51,675 nucleotides of DNA. It comes from Kiloniellaceae bacterium. Lineage in GTDB: Bacteria > Pseudomonadota > Alphaproteobacteria > Kiloniellales > Kiloniellaceae. This document shows positions 10,725 to 20,174 of the stretch, one piece after another. Numbering within the stretch: the first letter of the stretch is position 1; each line of letters begins with the position of its first letter. The stretch covers positions 1 to 51,675 of the forward strand of contig JBFGUI010000001.1 in NCBI GenBank assembly GCA_041565695.1. The letters run 5' to 3'. Under the pieces are notes generated by a model. The model was not told the origin of the DNA, did not search any database, and saw nothing but the letters and a program-made list of their open reading frames with translations. The position numbers were made by a program, and so were the translations under genes.

Positions 10725-11774
10725 TTAGAAGGAGAGCTTCAGGCCGCTGGTCACCGCCACGATGTCGTTGTTGCCGCCCGCGCCGAGGTCTTCCTCGCCG
10801 ACGAAGCCGGTCAGGAAGACGCTGACGCCCGGCGCCAGGTTGTAGCCGACGTTGGCCGAACCCGCGATCAGCTCGTCATTGGAATCATCATCTTCGGAGA
10901 TGATGCCGTTGACCGAGAAGCTCCAGGGACCAGCTGCGTAGCCGACACCGGCGTCGAAAGCATAGCCTTCGCCGCCATTGCCGTCGGCGTCGTCGTAGAT
11001 CGCGCCGGCCGCAATGGTGAAGCCCGAGAAGCTCACCGCGAAACCGCCGCCGATGCCCCAGATGCTGTCTTCCGGCTCGGCGTCGGCCTTGCCGAAGCCG
11101 GCAACCACACCAAGCTCGACGCCAACGCCGTTGAACTCGCCGTCGAAGCCGACGCCGACGCCGATGTGGTCGTGGATACCAGTGGAGTCTTCGCCGTTGA
11201 ACCGGTTGCCGTCGTCACCGTCGGAGGTGTCCGGCGAGTAGCTGATGCCGGCGCTGAAGCCGTTGAAGTTCGGCGTGGTGTAGGTGATCTTCGTGCCGTC
11301 ACTGGAGTCAACGCCGTTAGCGAAGTCCACGGACGTGCGCGCATCACCGGTGTAGGCCCGATCCAGGAAGTTCGAGGTCGGGTTGCCGACGCCGCCGTAG
11401 TCAACGCCCGAGTTCGAGCCGTTGACCATGAAGGTGTCTTCTGCACCGTCGTTGTTGCCGAGCTCGACCTTACCGAAGCTGCCCGACGCCCAGATGCTGT
11501 TCTCGTCTGTGTTGCCGTCGGTGCCGGTGTCGGCTTCGAACTCGACACGGAAACCGAAGGTGATGCCGTTGTCCGCCATGATGGTGCCGGAAACGTGCAC
11601 TTCGGTGTTGGTCGAGAAGGCAAAGCCCCGATCGGCCGTGTCAAAGTCCGCGTCGCCGCCGGAAGCCATGAACTGCTGGAAAGCAGAAAGCTTCAGCTCC
11701 TGAGCGGCAGCAGGGCTGGCGGCCAGGACCGCGGCCCCGACAATGGCGCTGCTAGCCATCAATACGTTTTTCAT
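10725..11774 (-). CDS. outer-membrane porin (Gram-negative porin family)
   Basis: Signal peptide (..AAA-Q), DNGITFG, GSFGKVELG, KITYTTPNFNGFSAGISYSP, C-terminal Phe. Confidence 0.92.
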   Translation of the reverse strand: MKNVLMASSAIVGAAVLAASPAAAQELKLSAFQQFMASGGDADFDTADRGFAFSTNTEVHVSGTIMADNGITFGFRVEFEADTGTDGNTDENSIWASGSFGKVELGNNDGAEDTFMVNGSNSGVDYGGVGNPTSNFLDRAYTGDARTSVDFANGVDSSDGTKITYTTPNFNGFSAGISYSPDTSDGDDGNRFNGEDSTGIHDHIGVGVGFDGEFNGVGVELGVVAGFGKADAEPEDSIWGIGGGFAVSFSGFTIAAGAIYDDADGNGGEGYAFDAGVGYAAGPWSFSVNGIISEDDDSNDELIAGSANVGYNLAPGVSVFLTGFVGEEDLGAGGNNDIVAVTSGLKLSF

Positions 11775-12186
11775 CCGAAAAGCTCCAAATACGGTGTTTA
11801 TTGTGGGTACCCCAAGCCACGGGATGGATTGTTGGTACTAGGCTCCGTTTCGCTTCGCAAGGGTTGGCAGGGGTGTTAAGTTGTTTTTCCGACACACTGT
11901 GTTCTTACGGCAACAGTGCCGGATTGGGCCGAGAAGCCAAAGGCTTCAGCGCGGTGGTTACCTCCCCGACAAAGACCGAGATCGCCCTTTTAACGGGCAT
12001 TCAATTCAGCTCCACACGCTTTAGAGGCAAACTCTAAACGCATGATTAACCTTTGCCGTCACGGCCCTTGCAACCACCCCGGCAATTGCATAGAGGGAAA
12101 CCGTCAGGCGGCTGGCCCGAATGTTCCCTTCGCCGCCTTGAAGGCCGCTACCGCCGATCAGCCGACTCTGGGATCGATTATTCAGC

Positions 12187-13047
12187 ATGTCCGGTATCCT
12201 CTGGCTCGCGTCCTATCCGAAGTCCGGCAACACCTGGATGCGGGTTTTCCTGGCCAATCTGATCCTCGACGAGCCGGAGCCCCTCGAGCTCAAGCGCATC
12301 AACGAGGTCTGCTCCAGCGAGCCCAACGAGGTCTGGTTCAAGCCCTTTGCCAAGGGCGAGGTCAGCGCGTTCAGCGAACGCAGGATTGCCGCCCTGCGCG
12401 TGAAGGCACAGGACCGGGCAGCGCAGCTCAACAAGAACATCATCCTGATGAAGACCCACAGCCTGTACGGCCGGGACCATGGCTATCCGACCATCTCTGT
12501 CAAAGCCAGCGTCGGCGTCATCTACATCGTGCGCGATCCGCGCGACGTGGTGATCTCGGCTGCCGACCATTATGGCCTGACCATCGATCAGGCGATTGAG
12601 ATGATGAATGACAAGAAGGCGCGTGGACGGGGCATGGCGGGGAGCACGGTTCACGAGCTCATGGGCAGCTGGTCGGACCACGTACGCTCCTGGACCGGCT
12701 GGAAGCATACACCCTTGCTGGTGCTGCGCTACGAGGACATGCTGGCCGATCCCTACGGCCAGCTCGGCGGGGTCGCCCGCAAGGTCGGGATCACCCTGGA
12801 CGAGGCGCGTATCCGCCGGGCCGTCGAGTTCTCCTCCTTCGAGAAGCTGCAGGCGCAGGAAGCAGAGACGGGCTTTGTGGAGAAGTCGGTGAACAGCCAG
12901 CGATTCTTTCGCTCCGGGCGGGCAGGGACCTGGCGCGAAACGCTGACTGCCGATCAGGCCGCGGCGATCGAACGCCACCATGCCGAGCAGATGCGCCGTT
13001 TCGGCTACCTGCCGCCGGAAGCCGTGCAGCCGAAGAAAGCCTCCTGA
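12187..13047 (+). CDS. PAPS-dependent sulfotransferase (Sulfotransfer_1 family), paralog 1
   Basis: 5'-PSB WLASYPKSGNTW, KTH, 3'-PB YIVRDPRDVVIS, LRYED, FFRSGRAGTW. Confidence 0.9.
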   Translation: MSGILWLASYPKSGNTWMRVFLANLILDEPEPLELKRINEVCSSEPNEVWFKPFAKGEVSAFSERRIAALRVKAQDRAAQLNKNIILMKTHSLYGRDHGYPTISVKASVGVIYIVRDPRDVVISAADHYGLTIDQAIEMMNDKKARGRGMAGSTVHELMGSWSDHVRSWTGWKHTPLLVLRYEDMLADPYGQLGGVARKVGITLDEARIRRAVEFSSFEKLQAQEAETGFVEKSVNSQRFFRSGRAGTWRETLTADQAAAIERHHAEQMRRFGYLPPEAVQPKKAS

Positions 13048-13050
13048 TCC

Positions 13051-13878
13051 ATGCCGGGAATCATCTGGCTCGCGTCCTACCCGAAGTCGGGTAACACCTG
13101 GATGCGGGTCTTTCTGGCCAACCTCATCCTCGATGCGCCGGAGCCGCTGCCGCTGAAGCGCATCGGCGAGATCTGCCCCAGCGAGCCGGCCGAAACCTGG
13201 TTCAGGCCGCTGGTGAAGGGCAAAGTCACTGATCTTCGGCCCCGCGAGGTCGCCGCCTTGCGGACGCGCGCGCAGGAGCGCGCCGTCAGCTTCAATAAGA
13301 ACGTCATTCCGATGAAGACCCACAGCTATCTTGGCGAAGACTGTGGGCATCCGATCATTTCCATGAAGGCGACTTACGGCGCCATCTACATCATCCGCGA
13401 TCCGCGCGACGTAGCGATCTCCGGCGCCGACCATTTCGGCATCTCCCTGGACGACATGATCGCGAAGATGGCCGACCCGCTCGCCACCTGTGCAGCCATG
13501 CCCGGCGAGATCGTGCATGAGCTGCAGAGCAGCTGGTCGAACCATGTGGAGTCCTGGACCCGGTGGAACCATCCCGGCATCTTCGTGGTGCGCTACGAGG
13601 ACCTGCTGGCCGAGCCGCTGGACCAGTTCGGCCGTGTCGCCCACCGCTTCGGCATCTCCAGCGACCGTGCGCGCATCGCCAGGGCCGTCGAGCACGCTTC
13701 CTTCAAGCAGCTGCAGAAACAGGAAACCGATCAGGGATTCGTGGAACGCTCGCTGCACAGCGAGAAGTTCTTCCGCACCGGTCGTGCGGGCGGCTGGCGC
13801 GAACAGCTGACAGCGGAACAGATCGCCCGCATCGAAAGCGATCACGAAATCCAGATGAAGCGCTACGGCTACCTATAG
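13051..13878 (+). CDS. PAPS-dependent sulfotransferase (Sulfotransfer_1 family), paralog 2
   Basis: WLASYPKSGNTW, KTH, YIIRDPRDVAIS, RYED, FFRTGRAGGW. Confidence 0.9.
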   Translation: MPGIIWLASYPKSGNTWMRVFLANLILDAPEPLPLKRIGEICPSEPAETWFRPLVKGKVTDLRPREVAALRTRAQERAVSFNKNVIPMKTHSYLGEDCGHPIISMKATYGAIYIIRDPRDVAISGADHFGISLDDMIAKMADPLATCAAMPGEIVHELQSSWSNHVESWTRWNHPGIFVVRYEDLLAEPLDQFGRVAHRFGISSDRARIARAVEHASFKQLQKQETDQGFVERSLHSEKFFRTGRAGGWREQLTAEQIARIESDHEIQMKRYGYL

Positions 13879-13904
13879 CGGCACCGGACTGGCAGGACGG
13901 AGAG

Positions 13905-14591
13905 ATGGCTGACACTTCGCAGAGCGACATCGCCGCCAATCTCGCGGAGGTGCGCGCGCGCATCGCTGCCGCTGCCGAGGCGGTCGGGCGCGATCCGGCG
14001 GCGGTCACGCTGGTTGCCGTTTCGAAGGTGCATCCGCCAAGCGCCGTCGAAGCGGCGCTCGCCGCCGGCCAGGCGGTGTTCGGTGAGAACCGCGTGCAGG
14101 AGGCCCAGGGGAAGTTCCCTGCCCTCAAGGATGCCCATCCGGAACTGAGGCTGCACCTGATCGGGCCGCTGCAGACCAACAAGGTGAAGGACGCGCTGAC
14201 GCTGTTCGACGTCATCGAGACCGTCGACCGGCCGAAGCTGGCCCGCGCCCTCGTCAAGGAGGCCGAAAAGCTGGGCCGGGCGCCGGCCTGCTACGTCCAG
14301 GTCAATACCGGCGAGGAATCCCAGAAGGCCGGTGTCCTGCCCGGCGAGGCCGACGCCTTCATCGCGGAATGCCGCAGTCTCGGCCTCGATCTCCGTGGCC
14401 TGATGTGCATCCCGCCGGTCGACGAGGAGCCCGCCCTGCACTTCGCCTTCCTCCGCGAGATCGCCCGCCGCAACGACCTAGCCGGCCTTTCCATGGGGAT
14501 GAGCGGTGACTACGAAACGGCGGTGCGCTTCGGCGCCACGGTGGTGCGCGTCGGCACCGGCATCTTCGGGCCGCGGCCCGCTGCCGCCTGA
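13905..14591 (+). CDS. yggS: pyridoxal phosphate homeostasis protein YggS/PLPBP
   Basis: LVAVSK, FGENRVQEA, HLIGPLQTNK, LSMGMSGD, VRVGTGIFG; ATG after GGAGAG. Confidence 0.95.
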   Translation: MADTSQSDIAANLAEVRARIAAAAEAVGRDPAAVTLVAVSKVHPPSAVEAALAAGQAVFGENRVQEAQGKFPALKDAHPELRLHLIGPLQTNKVKDALTLFDVIETVDRPKLARALVKEAEKLGRAPACYVQVNTGEESQKAGVLPGEADAFIAECRSLGLDLRGLMCIPPVDEEPALHFAFLREIARRNDLAGLSMGMSGDYETAVRFGATVVRVGTGIFGPRPAAA

Positions 14592-14608
14592 GCGCTGGTC
14601 CCTTCGCC

Positions 14609-15244
14609 TCAGTCGCAACGCCGGAGTATGCAGTCGTCCTTGGTGACCGGGTTTTGGCGCGGCATCAGCCGGCGCCCGAGCAGGCCGACGAAGCTCCTGA
14701 AGCGCGCGCCGCTGACATCGGGCGTGACGCCGGGCGAGCCCTCGGCATAGGCCACCGCGTTCGTGCCGCGGCACAGGCCGGCGATGGTGCGCGTCGCCGC
14801 CGCCTCGCCCGGGCCGCGGGCCGCCTCCAGGGCGGCGCCGGCCATCTCCTCTTTGCAGAGCTGCTGGCCGTTGAAGCTCTTCGGCACACCATAGGCGATG
14901 CGCAGACGGTAGGCCGGCTTCGGCACGTCGAGGGGATTGCCGCTGTAGCCCCGCGGCATCCACGCCGGCCCGGATTCCCGGAGGCCTTCAACACTGGCCC
15001 GGGTGACCGCCGCCTGGGTCAAATCGGGCGCCGGGCTGCCGTAGGTCTCGACCAGCAGGGGATGGGCCGCGGCAACGCTGCTCGGCACATAGCCGGCGGT
15101 GAAGTTCGAGAAGTAGACCGTGCCGCCACCCGTGCCGCCCGCGGTGCAGGCGCCGAGCGCCAGGAAAGCCGCCAACGCCGGCAGCCCGCCGGCAAGGAGC
15201 CGCCGGGCAGGATTTGCGGGCGTGGTTCGATGCTGCGCTTGCAT
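14609..15244 (-). CDS. hypothetical lipoprotein
   Basis: Arg-rich N-region, hydrophobic stretch and LGAC lipobox; four more Cys; GGAGG upstream of ATG. Confidence 0.65.
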   Translation of the reverse strand: MQAQHRTTPANPARRLLAGGLPALAAFLALGACTAGGTGGGTVYFSNFTAGYVPSSVAAAHPLLVETYGSPAPDLTQAAVTRASVEGLRESGPAWMPRGYSGNPLDVPKPAYRLRIAYGVPKSFNGQQLCKEEMAGAALEAARGPGEAAATRTIAGLCRGTNAVAYAEGSPGVTPDVSGARFRSFVGLLGRRLMPRQNPVTKDDCILRRCD

Positions 15245-15394
15245 GGTCTCTGAGCCTCCCGGTTGGCGGATGCTGCATCGCTGATTACGCAGCCGCGCGG
15301 CCGAACGTGCCATGTCCCAGGTCAAAAAATTAGGTCGTCGGCCTGTCGGGGCCAGGAGCCGCACGTCGCAATCGGTGCCGGTCGAGGCCCTTCG

Positions 15395-15934
15395 TCAGGA
15401 CCCCAGCACCTCGACGGCGCTGTCCGCTCCGGCCTCGCGCAGCAGCGCCAGCAGGTCGGGCAGGGCCAGCGCCACGCAACCTTCGGTCGGGCCGTAGTCG
15501 TCGCGGGCGACGTGGAGAAAGATGGCGCTGCCGGCGCCCGGCACCACCGGGTCGTCGTTGTGGCCCAGCACAACCACCACGTCATAGAGGCCGTCCGCCC
15601 GGGCCATGCGCTCGTGGCTCGCCGCACAGGGCAGGCGGACCGGCCGGTTGTAGGCGGGGTCGGCGGGGTCGTCGCACCAGCCGTCGTCGGGCCGGATCGC
15701 GGCGCAGGCAAGCTGTGTCTGCGGTTCCGCCAGGCGGTCGGCGCGGTACAGGACGCGGCGCAGGGGCCAGCGCCCGACCGGGGTGACGCCGTCTCCCTCG
15801 CGCTTGTCCACGGCGATGCCGCCGCGCCCGACGGCACAGCGCAGCTGTCGTCCGCCCCAGGTCGCTTGCGCCCTGCCTTCTGCGAGAAAAACGCGGAGAT
15901 CCCGGGTTGTCCGGGCCGAGCTGTCGGATGTCAT
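15395..15934 (-). CDS. L,D-transpeptidase family (YkuD-like) protein
   Basis: KREGDGVTP, GSAIFLH...PTEGCVA catalytic His/Cys. Confidence 0.88.
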   Translation of the reverse strand: MTSDSSARTTRDLRVFLAEGRAQATWGGRQLRCAVGRGGIAVDKREGDGVTPVGRWPLRRVLYRADRLAEPQTQLACAAIRPDDGWCDDPADPAYNRPVRLPCAASHERMARADGLYDVVVVLGHNDDPVVPGAGSAIFLHVARDDYGPTEGCVALALPDLLALLREAGADSAVEVLGS

Positions 15935-16007
15935 GGCCGCAGCCTACTCCCGGGCCGCGCATCGGGGCCAGGGGTTATCGCGGCGGCTGCGGCGGTGGGA
16001 CGCGGGC

Positions 16008-16961
16008 TCAGGACTCGCCATTGCGCAGGGCGGGGTCGGCGCGCCAGCGGGTCTCTTCCTCCGCTCCGGTCCTGTCCTCGCGGCGCTGGCGGGTCATGAC
16101 GGCGTACTTGTCCAGGGCCTGCATCATGCGGTCGGCAAGGTCGGCCCCGGCGGCGTTCTGGGCGAAGATCAGCGGGTGGAGGGCGGCGGCATCGGCGCTG
16201 TCGCCCAGCCCCGGCGCAGCGGCCCCGGCGGACTGGGCAGCCGTGGGTTCCGCCGCATGCTCGGCGGAGGCCGCGGGCAGCGGATGGGCAGGACGCGGCG
16301 GCAGAGGATAGGACTTCATGCGCGCTTCTGCCGCGCGCCCGGGCAGCGGCAGGGCCTCCGGCGGCTCGGCAACCGGCCGCGGCGCAGAGGCGTCGCCGCG
16401 GGTCAGGTCGTTGAACAGGGCGCTCAGGGCATCCTGGCCGGTCAGCATGCCCGGACCCCCGGTGGCGGGCAGGACGGCTGCGCCGGTCGGGCCCGGCAGG
16501 GCTTCGGGGCCGGCCGCGGTGATCAGCGGCGCCCCCGCGTCGGCAGGCTGCGGGGCGGACGGCAGGATCTCGCCTGGCAGGGCAGCGGCGGGCGGCGCCA
16601 TGCCTTCGGCGAACTGCGGATCGTCGCCGCCCGACTCGCCGGTGAAGAAGGCGAGCATCGTTTCGCCGACGTCTTCGCCGGCGATCTCTTCATAGATGGC
16701 GCTGGCGGCGGCGGAGAGGAAACCGGTGGGGCCGCCGAAGAGGGTGTCACCGAAGATGCGGGCGTGGGGGCTGATCTCGTCGCCGGTGATCGCGCGGTAG
16801 AGGGTCGCGACGACGGGGATGTGCTGCAGCGGATTGATGATGTCGAGGAAGTCGTCAAAGGTGAACTCGCCGGCACTGGTCCCGTCGAAGCCGAGCTCGC
16901 GCTGCCGCGCGGTCAGTGGCTGCGGGTTGCGGTAGTCACCGACGAGTTCGAGATCGTGCAT
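16008..16961 (-). CDS. hypothetical protein with conserved-looking N-terminal block and Pro/Ala-rich linker
   Basis: FDDFLDIINPLQHIPVVATLYRAITGDEI; C-terminal MMQALDKY; GGAGG RBS. Confidence 0.75.
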   Translation of the reverse strand: MHDLELVGDYRNPQPLTARQRELGFDGTSAGEFTFDDFLDIINPLQHIPVVATLYRAITGDEISPHARIFGDTLFGGPTGFLSAAASAIYEEIAGEDVGETMLAFFTGESGGDDPQFAEGMAPPAAALPGEILPSAPQPADAGAPLITAAGPEALPGPTGAAVLPATGGPGMLTGQDALSALFNDLTRGDASAPRPVAEPPEALPLPGRAAEARMKSYPLPPRPAHPLPAASAEHAAEPTAAQSAGAAAPGLGDSADAAALHPLIFAQNAAGADLADRMMQALDKYAVMTRQRREDRTGAEEETRWRADPALRNGES

Positions 16962-17135
16962 GAGCCCTCCGACCGCTTAAGGAGCAAGAAGCGGGCCAGG
17001 GAGCAGAAACACGTAAAATCAATGACTTGGCCTTGCCTGGGCCGCCACCGTCTTGCGGCAGGGGCAGCTTCTGCCCGGCCGGCCCGGCCCGGCGGGGGCG
17101 CGATCTGCCGGGTCGCCGGCGGGGCTGCCTGGAGC

Positions 17136-18305
17136 CTAGAACAGATGGCCGAAGCGGCTCGCCTTGGTGGCGAGATAGAAGTCGTTATGGCCGTTGGAGG
17201 GAAAGCTGTGCCCGACACGCTCTTCCACCGCGATGCCGAAGCGGCTCAGCGCCGCCACCTTCTGCGGGTTGTTGGTCAGGAGGCGCACCTTGCGGAACCC
17301 CAGGTGGTGCAGCATCTGGGCGGCGGGCAGATAGACCCGCTCGTCCGCGTCGAAACCGAGTTGCTCGTTGGCATCGAGGGTGTCGGCGCCGCGATCCTGC
17401 AGGGTATAGGCGCGCAGCTTGTTGACCAGGCCGATGCCGCGGCCTTCCTGCATCAGATAGAGCACGACCCCGGCGCCGGCCTCGGCCATGGCCTGGATGG
17501 CGCCGCGCAGCTGGTCGCCGCAGTCGCAGCGCAGCGAGCCCAGCAGGTCGCCGGTGAAGCACTCCGAGTGCAGACGCAGCAGCAGCGGCGCGTCGGGCTG
17601 CGGCGCGCCGACGATGATGGCGAGATGCTCCATGCCGCCGTCGTCGGGGCGGAAGGCGACGATGCGGGCCTGCTCGGCGCCGGCCAGCGGCACCGCGGCG
17701 TCGGCCACCGGCGTCAGGCCGCGCGCCGCGGCGAAGCGGTATTCCGCCACGTTGGCGGCGGAGACCGCCATGAGGTCGCGGGCATCGGCCCAGGCCACCG
17801 GGCTCTGCACCGGCTGGCCGGGCAGCGGCGCCACCAGGGCGGCGGGCAGCAGGCGGGCGAGCTTGGTCAGCTCGACCGCGGCGACGTCGAGGCCCGGCGG
17901 CGCGGTGACCACCCGGCGCGGCTGCAGCGTGCCGGCCTCGGCGCTGGTCGGATCGGCCAGCGCCCGGATGTTCTCAGCCTTCTGCTCTTCCAGGGCGAGG
18001 GCGAGGACGCCGCCGCTGGCGATCAGCGCTTCGGCCTCGGGCTGCCCGAGGGCCTGGGCCCGGCGCGCGGTGAGCAGCAGCATGGGCTCGGTGCCGGCCA
18101 GCTCGGCCAGCGCCGCCAGGCCCTGGGGCGTCGCCTCCTCGGCCGCCAGCACCACCGCGCCCTGGCCGGACCAGTCATGCAGCACCACGCAGGCGCCGCG
18201 GCGCAGCTCGGCGAGCGCGCGCTCCACCGCCTGAAGCACGGCGGCATCGGCGGAGCGGGTGCCGGGCCGGCCGGCCGGGTTGTCCTGTCTGGCGTTCTGC
18301 TGCAT
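17136..18305 (-). CDS. ribA: GTP cyclohydrolase II with degenerate N-terminal RibB-like domain
   Basis: RLHSECFTGDLLGSLRCDCG, QEGRGIGLVNK, LLTNNP, YLATK..GH. Confidence 0.93.
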   Translation of the reverse strand: MQQNARQDNPAGRPGTRSADAAVLQAVERALAELRRGACVVLHDWSGQGAVVLAAEEATPQGLAALAELAGTEPMLLLTARRAQALGQPEAEALIASGGVLALALEEQKAENIRALADPTSAEAGTLQPRRVVTAPPGLDVAAVELTKLARLLPAALVAPLPGQPVQSPVAWADARDLMAVSAANVAEYRFAAARGLTPVADAAVPLAGAEQARIVAFRPDDGGMEHLAIIVGAPQPDAPLLLRLHSECFTGDLLGSLRCDCGDQLRGAIQAMAEAGAGVVLYLMQEGRGIGLVNKLRAYTLQDRGADTLDANEQLGFDADERVYLPAAQMLHHLGFRKVRLLTNNPQKVAALSRFGIAVEERVGHSFPSNGHNDFYLATKASRFGHLF

Positions 18306-18512
18306 GTCCCTATCGGCTCAGTGGACTAGGCACTTTACGGCTCGGTCGACGCCGTGTCACGGTGACGCTCATCCTGGTGCCGCCATCCGACAAGGCACCG
18401 TTTCACGCAACACATAGGGGCCGCCGGAAGAAAACGCCAGCGTTTCGACGGCGGAACGAAAAGCAGCGCCGCAGCCTCGGCCGACGGCGCTGCAAAGTGA
18501 GGAAAACCGCCC

Positions 18513-19409
18513 ATGGCAGGGCAGCAGGACAGCGGCGCCAGGGTGTTCCGCGACTACGACCAGGCGAGGCTCGACAGCGAACTCAATCTGCGCGCCCGCT
18601 GGCCGGAGCATCCCCAGTTCTTCGAGCGCTGGGCCCGCGACAGCGCCGTCGTGCGCGCCGCCCAGGCCTGCCGGCTCGACCTGGCCTACGGCGCGGCGCC
18701 GGCGGAGACCCTCGACCTCTTCCCGGTGCCGGGCGACGGGCCGGCGCCGCTCCTCGCCTTCATCCACGGCGGCTACTGGCAGGCCCTCGACAAGAGCGAC
18801 TACAGTTACATGGCCCCGGCCTTCACCGAGGCCGGCATCGCCTTCGCCAGCCTCAACTACGGCCTCGCGCCGGACACCGCGATCGGCACCATGATCGACC
18901 AGACCCGGCGCGCGCTGGCCTGGCTCTACCGCAATGCCGCCGATCTCGGCATCGATGCGGCGCGGATCGTCGTCGCGGGGCATTCGGCCGGCGGGCACCT
19001 GGCCGCCATGGCGCTGTCAACCGACTGGCCGGCGCTGGATCCCGCCCTGCCGGCGACGCTGCTGGCCGGCGGCTGCGCGATCTCCGGGGTCTACGACCTG
19101 GAGCCGGTGCGGCTCAGCTACCACAACAAGATCCTGCACATCGCCGCGGGGCAAGCGGCGCCCTGGAGCCCCCTGCATTGCCTGCCGGCGGCCGCGCCCC
19201 CGCTGCTGCTCGCCGTCGGCTCCGAGGAAACCAAAGAGTTCCTGCGTCAGCACGCGGAGTATGCCGCGGCCTGGCAGGCCCGCGGTCTGCCGTTGCAGGA
19301 GGTCGACATGACCGGCCTGCATCACTTCAGCGCCGTCGATGCCCTGGCCGACCGCAGCCACACGCTTTATGCTGCGGTGCAGCATGTGCTGCGCCGGGGG
19401 TTGCCTTGA
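18513..19409 (+). CDS. alpha/beta hydrolase (arylformamidase/esterase-like)
   Basis: Oxyanion HGGYW, nucleophile GHSAG, ISGVYDL, HHF. Confidence 0.85.
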   Translation: MAGQQDSGARVFRDYDQARLDSELNLRARWPEHPQFFERWARDSAVVRAAQACRLDLAYGAAPAETLDLFPVPGDGPAPLLAFIHGGYWQALDKSDYSYMAPAFTEAGIAFASLNYGLAPDTAIGTMIDQTRRALAWLYRNAADLGIDAARIVVAGHSAGGHLAAMALSTDWPALDPALPATLLAGGCAISGVYDLEPVRLSYHNKILHIAAGQAAPWSPLHCLPAAAPPLLLAVGSEETKEFLRQHAEYAAAWQARGLPLQEVDMTGLHHFSAVDALADRSHTLYAAVQHVLRRGLP

Positions 19410-19434
19410 ACCCCGGGGATAGCGGTGCTATCTG
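19406..19434 (+). promoter_or_regulatory. sigma70-type promoter for the response regulator
   Basis: TTGAAC-N17-TATCTG; overlapped by inverted repeat GATAGC-GGT-GCTATC. Confidence 0.4.
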
Positions 19435-19478
19435 AGAAAATCACACGTTTCGGGTGGGTTTAAGAATCGGAATTTTTG

Positions 19479-20174
19479 ATGAGCGGTGCCAGCGGCAAGA
19501 AAATCCTGTTGATCGATGATGACGAGGCACTGCGCCAGTCGTTGAGCGAACAGCTGCGCCTGCACGAGGAATTCGACACGGCCGAGGCGGCGACGGCGGC
19601 CGCGGGCATCGAGCTGGCCAAGTCGGAGTACTTCGACCTCATCCTGCTCGACGTCGGCTTGCCCGACATGGACGGGCGCGAGGTCTGCCGGCTGATGCGG
19701 CGCGGCGGGGTGAAGTCGCCGATCATCATGCTGACTGCCGCCGAGTCCGACGCCGATACCATCCTGGCGCTCGACGCCGGGGCCAACGACTACGTGACCA
19801 AGCCGTTTCGTCTCGGCGTGCTGCTGGCGCGCATGCGCGCCCAGCTGCGCCAGCACGAGCAGAGCGAGGACGCGGTTTTCACCATTGGTCCCTACACCTT
19901 CCGGCCCAGCGCCAAGCTGCTGACCCACGGCGAGTCGAAGAAGAAGGTGCGCCTCACCGAGAAGGAAACCTCGATCCTCAAGTACCTCTACCGCAGCGGC
20001 GATGCGGTGGTCGGGCGCGACAAGCTGCTGGGCGAGGTCTGGGGCTACAACGCCGGGGTCACCACCCACACCCTGGAAACCCACGTCTACCGGCTGCGCC
20101 AGAAGATCGAGGAAGACCCCTCGGCGGCGGAGATCCTGGTCACCGAGCCGGGCGGCTACCGCCTGGTTCCCTAG
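19479..20174 (+). CDS. cenR: OmpR-family response regulator, CenR/OtpR type
   Basis: Receiver IDDD, LLDVGLPDMDG, KPF; HEQSEDAVFTIGPY and RLTEKETSILKYLYR..VWGYNAGVTTHTLETHVYRLRQK, recalled as CenR-specific; orphan, near ribA/LDT/yggS. Confidence 0.82.
   Translation: MSGASGKKILLIDDDEALRQSLSEQLRLHEEFDTAEAATAAAGIELAKSEYFDLILLDVGLPDMDGREVCRLMRRGGVKSPIIMLTAAESDADTILALDAGANDYVTKPFRLGVLLARMRAQLRQHEQSEDAVFTIGPYTFRPSAKLLTHGESKKKVRLTEKETSILKYLYRSGDAVVGRDKLLGEVWGYNAGVTTHTLETHVYRLRQKIEEDPSAAEILVTEPGGYRLVP

Noticed and set aside
15783-18329. 848-aa + strand ORF spanning ribA and the hypothetical gene
   Set aside because: Antisense to well-supported genes; Gly/Arg/Ala-rich shadow composition
18399-18414. 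CGTTTCACGCAACACA as a third parS
   Set aside because: Only one half-site matches; several mismatches in the other half
18306-18512. FMN riboswitch upstream of ribA
   Set aside because: No RFN consensus elements visible
20171-20174. Convergent genes sharing a CTAG stop overlap (also 50231-50234)
   Set aside because: Common consequence of compact convergent gene pairs
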